Assembly (NCBI GenBank): GCA_020848545.1
Contig: JADLHZ010000104.1
Span: 72,306 to 136,305, forward strand
Length of the DNA: 64,000 bases
Direction: 5' to 3'
Source of the DNA: Deltaproteobacteria bacterium
Lineage (GTDB): Bacteria > Myxococcota > JADLHZ01
Numbering within the stretch: position 1 is the first letter of the stretch; the number at the start of each line of letters is the position of its first letter. The notes under the pieces are model-generated. The model was given only the letters and a program-made list of their open reading frames with translations, was not told the origin of the DNA and searched no databases. The position numbers and the translations under genes are program-made. Below, piece after piece: positions 41,793 through 51,322 of the stretch.

Positions 41793-43019
41793 TTAGCCGC
41801 GGCGCGCTGGGCTCGCTTTTCCCGCCCAGCCGCAGCACCGCACGAGCGAGTTGACGACGTAGTGATAGTCCATCGTCGCGTACTTCGGCATCACCATCTC
41901 GGCGGTCGCGAGCGCGGTGCCAGTCGGCGAAGGCAGCGCGGGCGGTGCATTGGCGATCGGTGCGCCGCGCGGATCCCTGAACACGATGAGCCCGTTCGCA
42001 TCGCGCTTCACCGCGTAGCCGTGCTCATGAACGAAGCGATGGTGGCGGCGACAGAGCGAGACGAGGTTCTCCAACGTCGTCGCGCCGCCTTGGCTCCAGT
42101 GTTCGACGTGGTGGCCGTCGGTGAACGTGTTCGTGCAACCAGGGAAACGGCACGTGCCGTCTCGTTCTTTGAGCTTCCGGCGCAGCGGCGTCGAGATCAC
42201 GCGTGTCTTGCGTCCGATATTGACCACGTTGCCGTCCTTGTCGTGCGTCATCGTCACGATGCTCGCGTCGCACGCGAGACGGCGCGAGACTTCCGCGGAA
42301 ACGCCGACACCTTCGATCTCGGCGCGGCCGTCCAAAGCATCGTGCGTGAGCACTTCGGCGTCGACATGCACGACCACCTGCACGCGATCGGCGCTCGAAG
42401 CTTCGCTGCGCGCGCCCGACAGCGCTTCCTCGGAAACGCGCACGAGCGCATCGGCGAGACGCTTGCCCGCGGGCATCCGTTCCTTCGGCGAGGGCACCGC
42501 TTCGAGCATCTTCATGATCATCGCGCCTTCGTCGGGAAGGAAGCGCCCCTGCATCACGAACATGCCGTCGTCGTCGAAGAAGCACGTGAGGCTGCGCGCC
42601 TCCTCGCGCTTCTCCGCTGACTCGAGCGTCTCGACCCGCCGCACGCCCCGCACGACTTTCTCGAGCGCCGCGGCGGAGATTTCCTTCGCGACCATGAGCA
42701 GCTCTTCCTCTTTCTCGGGCGTCGCGATGCGCGTGAGAGCGCGGACCTTCGAGTAGGACAACGCGCCCGACGCAAACGCCGCGTCGATCTTCGGCAGCTT
42801 CGCGATCGCATGCGCCACGCGCACCTTCTCGCGCGCGGTAGGCAACGAGAGGCCGAGGCGATAGTTCAAGTAGTGCGCGGTCGACAGGTACGCCATCGAC
42901 GCGAACACCTCGCGCTCGTCGAACTCGCGGATCTTCACGAGCAGCCGGTGCGTGATTGCCGTGAACTCGGCACCGAGGGCAGCAATCTCTGAATCCAACG
43001 CGTCTGTTTCTTCGCTCAT
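41793..43019 (-). CDS. HNH endonuclease domain protein (DUF222 / 13E12-repeat-like)
   Basis: C-terminal HNH motif (CRFPGC...DGHHVEHWSQGG...NLVSLCRRHHRFVHE) with an N-terminal DUF222-like helical region; start taken at internal ATG (MSEETD). Confidence 0.75.
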   Translation of the reverse strand: MSEETDALDSEIAALGAEFTAITHRLLVKIREFDEREVFASMAYLSTAHYLNYRLGLSLPTAREKVRVAHAIAKLPKIDAAFASGALSYSKVRALTRIATPEKEEELLMVAKEISAAALEKVVRGVRRVETLESAEKREEARSLTCFFDDDGMFVMQGRFLPDEGAMIMKMLEAVPSPKERMPAGKRLADALVRVSEEALSGARSEASSADRVQVVVHVDAEVLTHDALDGRAEIEGVGVSAEVSRRLACDASIVTMTHDKDGNVVNIGRKTRVISTPLRRKLKERDGTCRFPGCTNTFTDGHHVEHWSQGGATTLENLVSLCRRHHRFVHEHGYAVKRDANGLIVFRDPRGAPIANAPPALPSPTGTALATAEMVMPKYATMDYHYVVNSLVRCCGWAGKASPARRG

Positions 43020-43387
43020 GACGACTCTTCTACCACGCACTTTTTCGACGCAGCCGTAGGCCCGCTGCGAAGCGCAAAGTGATCGATCCACGAAAAATCT
43101 CTCGCCACCGCACCGCGCGTCGTGTGCGCGGCAATAGGCTCAGCAAGAGCCTTCGCCGACGCGACTCAGCAAACGACCGCTGCACAGCGAAAAAACCCGT
43201 CAAGAGGCAATCGCGAAAAAGATAAAAAACACCGAGAAACGCCGCATGAAACCGCAGCCGCGTTTCCGCGGTAGCGTTCGCGCGCGATGACAGCGAAGCT
43301 GAGTGACAGCGGCGCCGGGCGAGCCCCGCCCAGACGCCCCGAGCGCTGCGGCTGGGCGGGAGAGCGAGCCCGAAGCGCCGCGGCAAA

Positions 43388-43500
43388 TCAAGTGCAACGC
43401 CCGTGACACGCGCAGCGTGGCGCGGGCGGTGCGCGCACTCTCGTTCGAAGGTACAGACGCCGCGCGCCCGGCCGCGACGACCGCGACCGCCGCATGCTCG
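43388..43500. repeat. Right arm of the inverted repeat flanking the HNH gene
   Basis: Inverted copy of 41683..41790 (about 85-90% identity over the matching blocks, divergent centre). Confidence 0.55.
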
Positions 43501-43551
43501 CTGCCACCGGCCGCATGCCCCCGCCGCGCTCCTCGCTCCGTTGCTCCAGGT

Positions 43552-44535
43552 TCAGCGGCAGACGAGCTTCGCCAAGCACTTTCCGGTCGACAGCTCGCAG
43601 CGGTAGCACGTGCCGCAATCGACGTTCGCCGTGCATCCGCCGCCGCTCGTCGTTGGTCTGTCGTCGGGCGTCGTGCCTGTGCGGGTTCCGGTCCACGACC
43701 ACTTCTGCGGCGTTGTGCTGCCGGAGTAGTCCCAGCCGCCCGTGAAGCTCTCGCCGGCGCCGCTGAACACGAACTGATAAGGCCCGGATGCGCTGCCGTC
43801 TTGATGCCACGTCCCGGTGAGCACGCATCCGGCGAGCTTGCCGTCGAAGGTACCGAGCGAGCCTTGGGTGCCGCGATACCACCCGACGACGTCGCTGCCG
43901 TTTTGGCTGAGGTTCACCGGCTGCGTGTAATCCTTGCCGTCGTTCGCATTGCGTTCTTGCGAGGTGTACTTGCCGGTGACGTTCAGCGTCGCGGAGCACG
44001 TGGCGCCGGTCGTGCCAGTGGTGCCCGTCGCGCCGGTCGCGGCTTTCCATGCGATCGTCTGGCAGTCGGTGACTTGGATCGGATCGTAGAGCACATAGTT
44101 GAGCTCGCGACACACGATTGGGACGTCGCTGGTCGTGCATTTTGACACCTGCGTATCGCCGGCAAGACATCCCGTCGCGATGCAGCGGCAGTTGTTGGCG
44201 CTCTTGCAACAAGCGCCGTTCGCCGGCGGAGTGCATTCGGCCACGGTGCTGCTTGGCGCCTCGTACGCTGCTCTGCACCAACAACCGTCAGAAGAGGTGC
44301 GGCACGCGATCTGGGGGACGCCACACGAACAACGCCCTTGATCCGGAAAAGTCTTGTCCGCGCAGCAGACACCGTTGGCAAACGCTGCTGCGTTGCATGT
44401 TCCCCCGGTCTTGTCGGCCGCCTGGGTCTCGGGCGAACACTTGCACGCGTTGACCGCGTACGGATCTTTGTCGCAGCCGTAGCTGACCGCACGACACGAC
44501 GTGAGAAGCCAAAGCAGAACGAGAGCAGCACGCAT
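43552..44535 (-). CDS. Cysteine-rich secreted protein
   Basis: Signal peptide (MRAALVLLWLLTSC); over 30 Cys in the N-terminal 150 aa; Gly/Thr-rich C-terminal half. Confidence 0.6.
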   Translation of the reverse strand: MRAALVLLWLLTSCRAVSYGCDKDPYAVNACKCSPETQAADKTGGTCNAAAFANGVCCADKTFPDQGRCSCGVPQIACRTSSDGCWCRAAYEAPSSTVAECTPPANGACCKSANNCRCIATGCLAGDTQVSKCTTSDVPIVCRELNYVLYDPIQVTDCQTIAWKAATGATGTTGTTGATCSATLNVTGKYTSQERNANDGKDYTQPVNLSQNGSDVVGWYRGTQGSLGTFDGKLAGCVLTGTWHQDGSASGPYQFVFSGAGESFTGGWDYSGSTTPQKWSWTGTRTGTTPDDRPTTSGGGCTANVDCGTCYRCELSTGKCLAKLVCR

Positions 44536-44641
44536 GGTTCGAGCTCCTTGGTCGTTATCTCACTTCACCGGCACCGCCTCCGCGAGCGCCTGTGTCCCAC
44601 CCGGCACTTGTGTATTCGCTCGTGCGTTGCGAGCCAAGCCC

Positions 44642-46399
44642 CTACGATCGCCGCGGCAGCGTGATCGTGAACGTCGTGCCTTTACCCTCGGCGCTCTCGA
44701 CCGCGATCGTGCCCTTGTGCTGCTCGACGATCGTCTGGCTGACGCTGAGCCCGAGCCCGGTGCCTTCGCCCTTCGGCTTCGTCGTGAAGAACGGCTTGAA
44801 CAACTGCGCGCGCGTCGCTTCGTCCATGCCCGACCCCGTGTCGGCGATCTTCAAGCACACGCTGCCGTTGCCGCCGTGCTCGGTGGCGAGCGTCAAGGTG
44901 CCGCCGTTCGGCCGCATCGCGTGCTGCGCGTTCATCACCATGTTGAGGACGACCTGCTGCAGCTGCCCCGCGTTGCCGAGGACGAGGGCGCCGTCGCAGA
45001 GGGTGCTCTGCACCTTGATGCGCTGCGACGCAAGCTGGTGGCGCACGAGCTTCAAGGTGTCGCCGACGACGTCGTTCAAGTTGACCGGCTCGTTCTGGTT
45101 GCGCTCGACGCGGGTGAAGCGCAGCGTATTGTCGAGCAGCTCGCGCACGCGCTTCGTTTGCTTCTCGATCGTCGCCAGGTGCTCTTTGATCTCGGCGAGG
45201 TCGGTCGACTTCTGCGCGATCTGCGCGAAGCCGAGCACGCTGGTCAGCGGGTTCTTGATCTCGTGCGAGATCTCCGCCGAGAGCGCCCCGAGCGCCGCGA
45301 GCTTCTCCGAGTGGATCAGCTGATCGCGCGCTTGCTCGATGCGCTTGTCGCGATCCTGGAGCTCCGAGGCCATCGTGTTGAACGCGGTCGCGAGCACGCC
45401 GACCTCGTCGCGCGATTCGACGGCGACGTTGACGAGGAACTCGCCGCGGCCGACGTCGGTCATCGCCTCGCTCAGGCGCTTGAGTGGCGACGCGAGGCGA
45501 CGCGAGAAGTAGATGCTCACGAGCATCGCGGCGAGGACGATGCCCACGGCGAAGAGGGCCGACTTCTTGATCAGCTCCCGCGACGCGTTGAACGCTTCGC
45601 TCTCCGGCGTCTCGGTGACGACGAGCAGCGGTGGATCTTTGATGCGCGCGTAGGCGCCGATCACCGTCTGGCCGTCGCGCTCGCGTAGCTGGACGACGGC
45701 GCGGCTCGACTTCTCGGCGAGCGCGGCGTCGAGGCCAGCGAGGTGGCGCATGTTGTCGTGCTTGATCACGCGCTCCGGATCGGGATGCACGACGAGCTGC
45801 CCGCGGCCGTCGACGAGGTAGGCGACATAGGCGCCGCTCTCGCCGAAGATGCGCAGGAGCCGCTCCGGCCTAAGGAGCGCGGCGATCACACGATCGTCGT
45901 CTTTGATCGCCAGCCACAGGAGCGAGACGTCCGGCGCCACGCTCGCGTTCGCGACGAAGCGGCCGGTCGCGAGCACGGCGTCGAAGTCGATCGGGTGCTC
46001 CTTGTGCGCGGTCTCGAGGTCGTCGCTCGTCACGTTGAAGGCGGCGAGGCGCGGCGCGTCGGTGAGCGTGGCGTCGCGGGCGAACGACGTGCCTTGCTTC
46101 GACCAGAGCGAGATCTGCAGGAGATCCGGCTCGCCGGCGAAGACCTTCATGAGCGTGGCGCGCGGGTCCTTCTGTGCTTTGGACGCGGCCACGTAGAACA
46201 AGAGCTTATCCGACACCGAGCCCACGGCGCTCGCCACCTCTTCCGAGAGCGTGTGCGCGATCGATGCGTTGAGATCGAAGATGAACGCGCGCTTGTCACG
46301 TTGAAAGAGCGTCGACGCCAGCAAGAGGTAGCTCAGCATCGCGACCACGAGCACACCGGTCACGAGCAAGAGCATCTTGTAGCGGATCGAGAACCGCAT
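44642..46399 (-). CDS. Sensor histidine kinase with periplasmic sensor domain and HAMP
   Basis: Two TM helices around a ~270 aa periplasmic domain; HAMP; H-box SAEISHEIKNPL; HATPase_c G-boxes (GTGLGLS). Confidence 0.85.
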   Translation of the reverse strand: MRFSIRYKMLLLVTGVLVVAMLSYLLLASTLFQRDKRAFIFDLNASIAHTLSEEVASAVGSVSDKLLFYVAASKAQKDPRATLMKVFAGEPDLLQISLWSKQGTSFARDATLTDAPRLAAFNVTSDDLETAHKEHPIDFDAVLATGRFVANASVAPDVSLLWLAIKDDDRVIAALLRPERLLRIFGESGAYVAYLVDGRGQLVVHPDPERVIKHDNMRHLAGLDAALAEKSSRAVVQLRERDGQTVIGAYARIKDPPLLVVTETPESEAFNASRELIKKSALFAVGIVLAAMLVSIYFSRRLASPLKRLSEAMTDVGRGEFLVNVAVESRDEVGVLATAFNTMASELQDRDKRIEQARDQLIHSEKLAALGALSAEISHEIKNPLTSVLGFAQIAQKSTDLAEIKEHLATIEKQTKRVRELLDNTLRFTRVERNQNEPVNLNDVVGDTLKLVRHQLASQRIKVQSTLCDGALVLGNAGQLQQVVLNMVMNAQHAMRPNGGTLTLATEHGGNGSVCLKIADTGSGMDEATRAQLFKPFFTTKPKGEGTGLGLSVSQTIVEQHKGTIAVESAEGKGTTFTITLPRRS

Positions 46400-46428
46400 C
46401 GCCTCTCGTGAGTACCAGATAGTCGCGC

Positions 46429-47847
46429 TCAGTACACATCATACGCCAGCGAGAACACGGCGAGGAGGCCGCCGGTCTGCATGGTCAGCTGTGGATGTAT
46501 GAGCGGCGCGTGGGCGAAGCGGAGCTCGAGCGAGCCGACCGCGCGGCGGACGGCGTAGCCAAAGCCTAGGCCGCCGCCGGCGCCGGCAGCGATGCCTCCA
46601 GGTTGTGCCGTACGGCCCGCGCTGGCGAGCAGCATGACGAGTGGCCGCACGGCGGCGAAGGCGATGACGAAGAAGCGCCACGCCTTGTACGAGAACTCGT
46701 AGGTGATCGTCGGATCGATCGGAAACGCGAGGAGCCCCGAGCTTTGAAACGTGCGCGCCGGCTCGTTGCGCGCGTCGTAGCCGGCGATGGCGAGCGAGAG
46801 CTGCAAGAACACGGCGTGCGGCCCGGCGCGGATCCCGGCGCCCGCACGGAGCCCAGTCCACAGTCCGCCGCTGGCCACGAAGTTCGTGACGATCCCGTGC
46901 GCAAGGCCGAGGCGCAGCGCAAAGCCGACGCCGGCGGGTGGCGCCACGGGTTGGCTCGCGGTCGGAACGCGTTTCTCCTCGACGGTGAAGCTGCGCGACG
47001 CGGAGGGGCCGTGGCGGCGGCCGCGATCATCCTCGCTGAAGACGCGCCAGGTGTAGACGCCGGGCGCCGTCGGGCGGAACATGCGCTCGTTCTTCGTCGT
47101 GCGCTCGCTCATGACTTCGGCCTTCGCCGCGCCGGCCGAGGCGATCTGCACACGGTAGCCGCTCGCGCCGCGGACCCTCGTCCACTGCAGCGGCACCTCG
47201 CCCCCGAGCACGATCGCGACCGCGTCGGGCGTGAGCAGCGCCGGTGCGTCGAGGATGATCGAGAACGCGCCTTCGACTGGCTCCGCGCTTTTGCCGTCCT
47301 CGGTCGTCGCGAAGAAGCGGTAGTGGTAGGTGCCGAGCGCTTTGGCCGAGAAGATGATCGGCGACGCGGCGCTCGACTCGTCGAACACGCGGGCCTCGAA
47401 GCGCTCGTCGGTCGCGACTTGCAAGGTGTAGCGCGTGAAGATCTGGGCGAGCTCGAAGTGAAACTCGACGCGCTCGAGCTCGCCGCCGCCGACGAACATC
47501 GCGTTCTTCTTCGGCTTCGTCAGCGGCGGCGTGACGAAGACGGCGGCGATCTCCTTGGCTTCGCTCCACGGCCCCGGCTGCTCTGTTTCGTCGAGGCCGC
47601 GCGCGCGAAAGTAGTGCGTCTTCGCTGGCAAGGCGTCCCAGCGGTAGCCGTTCTGCGCGATGCGCACGTTGAGCACCACGTCCTTGAACTCGGCGTCGGC
47701 GGCGATCTCGAGATCGTAGAACACCGCGTCCTTCACGGCGCTCCAACGCAGCACGATCGACGAGCTCGCGGCCGACGCGATCTTTGGCGCGATCGTCGGG
47801 GCGAGCACCGCCAGCGCACAAAGCAAGAGCGCCGATCTAGCGATCAT
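46429..47847 (-). CDS. Secreted protein with FnIII-like repeats and Gly-rich C-terminal region
   Basis: Signal peptide; repeated YTWRV/YHYRF strand motifs; hydrophobic Gly/Ala-rich C-terminus. Confidence 0.5.
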   Translation of the reverse strand: MIARSALLLCALAVLAPTIAPKIASAASSSIVLRWSAVKDAVFYDLEIAADAEFKDVVLNVRIAQNGYRWDALPAKTHYFRARGLDETEQPGPWSEAKEIAAVFVTPPLTKPKKNAMFVGGGELERVEFHFELAQIFTRYTLQVATDERFEARVFDESSAASPIIFSAKALGTYHYRFFATTEDGKSAEPVEGAFSIILDAPALLTPDAVAIVLGGEVPLQWTRVRGASGYRVQIASAGAAKAEVMSERTTKNERMFRPTAPGVYTWRVFSEDDRGRRHGPSASRSFTVEEKRVPTASQPVAPPAGVGFALRLGLAHGIVTNFVASGGLWTGLRAGAGIRAGPHAVFLQLSLAIAGYDARNEPARTFQSSGLLAFPIDPTITYEFSYKAWRFFVIAFAAVRPLVMLLASAGRTAQPGGIAAGAGGGLGFGYAVRRAVGSLELRFAHAPLIHPQLTMQTGGLLAVFSLAYDVY

Positions 47848-49045
47848 GCGCCCTCAGCTCGAGCTCTGGATCGTAGAGCTCGGGCGCGTGCGGGAGCGGC
47901 TTGCGCGTCAGCCGGAAGCTGCGCGGCGGCGACGCAGGCGAGGGTGGGCCGCTCGAGCGTTCGGCGTGCACGCGCCAATGATAGAGACCCTCCGCGAGGT
48001 TCGGGACCGCCTCCGTCGCGTTCTTCGTCTTCTGCTGCAGGACAACGTCGCGGAAGCCAGCGTCGGCGGCGATCTCGAGCACATAAGTCGTGGCGCCATC
48101 GACCTCGGTCCACGAAAAGAGGAGCGCGTCTGCTTGCCGTTTTGCGACGAGGTACTCGAGATCGCGCGGCACGAGCGCGCGCGGCGGCTCGTTGTCGGCC
48201 ACGACGAAGTACGAGGTCGGCGACGCTGGTGAGCCCGCGCCGTCGACGAGCCGCCAGTACACGGGCCCGCGGCGGCCCCACGCGATCTCGACCTCGGCAG
48301 CGCCGGCTTCGCGCGCGATCGCCGGGCGAAGGAAGTCACTCGTCGCGGCGACTTGCACGAAGAGCGGCTCGCGCTCGGCGGCGGCGCGGCGAAAGCGCAG
48401 CGCGATCGATCCGTCTACGCCCGCGGCCGCGTAGACGCGCGCGCCTGGGGGTGGCGAGGCGAGCATCGCGCGGTGCAAAACGATCTGGCCCGGCTCCGAG
48501 AGCTTGCTGCTTTGACCTTCCTTGACCGCGGCGCCCGCGAGCTTCACTTCGCCTGCGAGCACGTCGATGCGCTCCTGACTGTCGAGCCGCGCCTCGGTGC
48601 CCGGAGTGAGCTCTGCCGCCCGTCCGCCGACGTCGAGCACGACGCCCTTCTCCTTCGAGCGCGAGGTGAGGGCGCCCTTCGTGAGCGACAGCCGGTGCGG
48701 CGCTTCCTGGTTGCTCTCCTCGAGCACGAGCAAGCTGTTCTCTTCGAGCGTGAGCTCGGTGCCGTCGCGCAGCGTGATGACGGCGTCGGTGCCCGGTGGA
48801 ACGAAGATGGTGTCGTGCGTGAAGGTCTCGTCGCCGATCACGAGCGTATCCCAGCCGAGGCTGTGCATCGGGCGGCGGCGGATCGTCGCCTGCGCATGCG
48901 TCAGCGCGCCAATGGCCGTCGCGCTGCTGTGGGCGCCGACGTTCCGCGCGCCGCCGTCCTGGGCGATGAGCCACGACACGAGCAACAGGCCGGCGACGCA
49001 GGCGGCGCTGAGCACGGTGTCTGGTTCGCTCTTGGTCTTGGCCAC
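47837..49045 (-). CDS. Membrane-anchored hypothetical protein
   Basis: N-terminal TM segment; 402 aa; stop overlaps the downstream start. Confidence 0.45.
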   Translation of the reverse strand: MAKTKSEPDTVLSAACVAGLLLVSWLIAQDGGARNVGAHSSATAIGALTHAQATIRRRPMHSLGWDTLVIGDETFTHDTIFVPPGTDAVITLRDGTELTLEENSLLVLEESNQEAPHRLSLTKGALTSRSKEKGVVLDVGGRAAELTPGTEARLDSQERIDVLAGEVKLAGAAVKEGQSSKLSEPGQIVLHRAMLASPPPGARVYAAAGVDGSIALRFRRAAAEREPLFVQVAATSDFLRPAIAREAGAAEVEIAWGRRGPVYWRLVDGAGSPASPTSYFVVADNEPPRALVPRDLEYLVAKRQADALLFSWTEVDGATTYVLEIAADAGFRDVVLQQKTKNATEAVPNLAEGLYHWRVHAERSSGPPSPASPPRSFRLTRKPLPHAPELYDPELELRAHDR

Positions 49046-49072
49046 AATCTCACCCCGCCGGCTGCGGTGCGT

Positions 49073-49531
49073 TCAGCGCTTGTTCTTTCCGAGCAGCGCG
49101 TCGAGCTCGGCGCGCGCTTCTTCGAGCCGCCGAATGTGCGCGTGCATGCGATAGGACGCGTGCACGACATCGACGAAGTCAGCGATGTCGTCGAACGGCT
49201 TGAGCAGGTAGTAGTCGATGCGCTGGCGAAAGCCGCGCGTCGAGCTCTCGAGGTTGCCCTTGGCGGTGATCATGACGACGCCGATGTGCGGGTGCAGGTG
49301 GCGCGCTTGATCGATCACTTCGTGGCCGTCGATGCCCGGGAGGCTCTTGTCGGTGACCAGGACGTCGAAGGTGCGTTCGGCGAGGATCTTCAGCGCGTCT
49401 TCGCCGCTGCCCGTTTGCACGACGTCCTCGGTGCCGGCGCGCTTCAACGCCGCCGTCAGCAACGCGAGGATGCTCTCTTCATCGTCGACGAGCAGCACGG
49501 ATCGCGGCGGGCCGACGTTCGCTTGAGACAT
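49073..49531 (-). CDS. Single-domain response regulator (receiver only)
   Basis: Internal ATG; receiver motifs VLLVDDEESI, phospho-acceptor in VLVTDKSLPGIDG, conserved Lys in AKG. Confidence 0.8.
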   Translation of the reverse strand: MSQANVGPPRSVLLVDDEESILALLTAALKRAGTEDVVQTGSGEDALKILAERTFDVLVTDKSLPGIDGHEVIDQARHLHPHIGVVMITAKGNLESSTRGFRQRIDYYLLKPFDDIADFVDVVHASYRMHAHIRRLEEARAELDALLGKNKR

Positions 49532-49675
49532 ACTCAAACTTACCTCTTCACCGAGGCGCGCACCACGTTCTATCCGCGGCCCCGTGCCGTCGCGCATCGT
49601 GTGTCTGACCGAAGAGACGAACGGGACGCGCTATCGTCGCGCGGCGGGCGGGCGGAGTAATTCTGAAAAGCGACG

Positions 49676-51268
49676 TTAGGGGCAAGCAGTCAACGTTTGA
49701 TTGTGATGCACCACGAGGTTGTAAGATCCTGCGCCGGGGACGCCGGTGACGAGGGCAGCGAAGGTGTTCGCTCCCTGCTGGCTCTCGCTGCAGAACACGT
49801 TGGCCATGCTCCCAGCGCCGAAGTTCAGCGTCGGCCCATTGGACAGTGCCATGGCGGCGCCTCCTGTCGGGGCTGCGTCGATGCGCCGGATGGTCGAACT
49901 GCCGATGGTGAGGCTCGATGGGCCCGAAGCCGCCTTGTCCACGGCGATGCCGACGCTCGCGGTGCGTACCGTTGAGAAGTTCATCGTGACGGTGGCTCGT
50001 CTCAGGCTTAGTACGGCGGTCGACCCGTGGCCTGCGAGGAGGACCCGCGTCAGGTTGGCGGTGCTGTCTAGGTCCAGAAGCAGCGCCGGGCCGGCCGCAT
50101 TGTCGACGCTGCTGTCGGTTGCGCTCAGCGTGAGCCCTTGAGCCGCCGTCGCCGGCGTTGGTGGGGCGGCGCGAATCGCACCCAGGCCACCGCCCGCGAT
50201 CCTGATGGATGAACGGACGAGATCGACGCGCGATCCGCTGGTGGTCAGGATCGCGACATCGGCTTGCGTGTCGATGAGGCTGTCTTCGAGCATGAGCGCC
50301 CCTGTCGAGACGAATGCAGCGTCGGTCCCGCCGAGGGTCAGCGTCGAGCGTTGCAGGACGGTCGCCGTAGCGCCGGTCGATTGGTCGAGGATCAAATAGG
50401 TGCCAAGCGTGGTGGGCGCGTCGATTCGAACGTTGCTTAGTACCGTGCCTTCTCCTCCGCCGAGCTTGAGCGCGTGGTTGCCTGTCGCGCTCGATTGAAT
50501 CACCGCGTGGGCGATGACGACGCCGTTGGCCCCGTACGGGACGAAGAAACCGGCTGATGTCGTCAGGGTCACCAAGAACGGAGCGCCTTCGATTCCCAGG
50601 AGACGCACATTGCTGTGGTCGACGACGACCGCCAGATCGACGTTCTGTGGGCGCGGATTCGCGAAAGCGACGCCTGCGCCGATACACAGTGTGAGGTTAT
50701 CGCTCGTCATCCGATCGTCGAGGTTGGCTAGGCTTTCGCTCGTCGCAATGAGCACGTCGCAGGAATGAAACGTCACTCGCGGATGCGAGGCCTTCGGCAC
50801 GTAACGGTGCTCGGCGGTGCATGTCGCCCCCAGGCTGGCGCGGATGACGAGCTCGCGCCAAAGCGCGTGATCGGCGAGGGTGTAGATGAGCGTCGTGCTC
50901 GTATCGCACGCGGCAAATGTTGTGCCCCCGTCATGTGAACATGCAACGGCGTCTCCGGTGTGAGTGAACGAGAGCGTGCGTGCGAGCACGTCGTGAGATC
51001 CATAGTGCAACGCCTGGACCGGAGGCTCGGTTACCGAAAGGTTGAGCTCTGCGCATGTGGACGTGGTGATGCCAGTCCCAGCCGTGGAACCCGTCGCGCC
51101 TTTGGGCGCCGCCGTGTCGCCAGGCGTTGTTGCTGCGTCGTCCGGGACTGCTGGGTCGAGATCATCGCCCGCGACCGACTCACTGCGGGTCGACATCGGT
51201 CGAATGGTGTCGAGCACCAAACACGCGGGCAGGAGCGGTAGCAGCATCGAAAGCGCGGTCGAGCGCAT
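49676..51268 (-). CDS. Secreted lipoprotein, probable beta-helix fold
   Basis: Internal ATG with signal/lipobox (MRSTALSMLLPLLPAC); Ser/Thr/Gly/Ala-rich repetitive body; upstream ORF extension rejected. Confidence 0.55.
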   Translation of the reverse strand: MRSTALSMLLPLLPACLVLDTIRPMSTRSESVAGDDLDPAVPDDAATTPGDTAAPKGATGSTAGTGITTSTCAELNLSVTEPPVQALHYGSHDVLARTLSFTHTGDAVACSHDGGTTFAACDTSTTLIYTLADHALWRELVIRASLGATCTAEHRYVPKASHPRVTFHSCDVLIATSESLANLDDRMTSDNLTLCIGAGVAFANPRPQNVDLAVVVDHSNVRLLGIEGAPFLVTLTTSAGFFVPYGANGVVIAHAVIQSSATGNHALKLGGGEGTVLSNVRIDAPTTLGTYLILDQSTGATATVLQRSTLTLGGTDAAFVSTGALMLEDSLIDTQADVAILTTSGSRVDLVRSSIRIAGGGLGAIRAAPPTPATAAQGLTLSATDSSVDNAAGPALLLDLDSTANLTRVLLAGHGSTAVLSLRRATVTMNFSTVRTASVGIAVDKAASGPSSLTIGSSTIRRIDAAPTGGAAMALSNGPTLNFGAGSMANVFCSESQQGANTFAALVTGVPGAGSYNLVVHHNQTLTACP

Positions 51269-51322
51269 AGCGACCTCGTCTTCTCTCCGTTTCTGCAAGA
51301 GGCACGCCGCGTTCGTTGCGCA

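Noticed and set aside
43020-43551. ORFs 43030..43386 (-) and 43303..44145 (+) in the gap upstream of the HNH gene
   Set aside because: Arg-rich, overlap the inverted-repeat arm and the Cys-rich gene antisense; more likely non-coding repeat or regulatory DNA.
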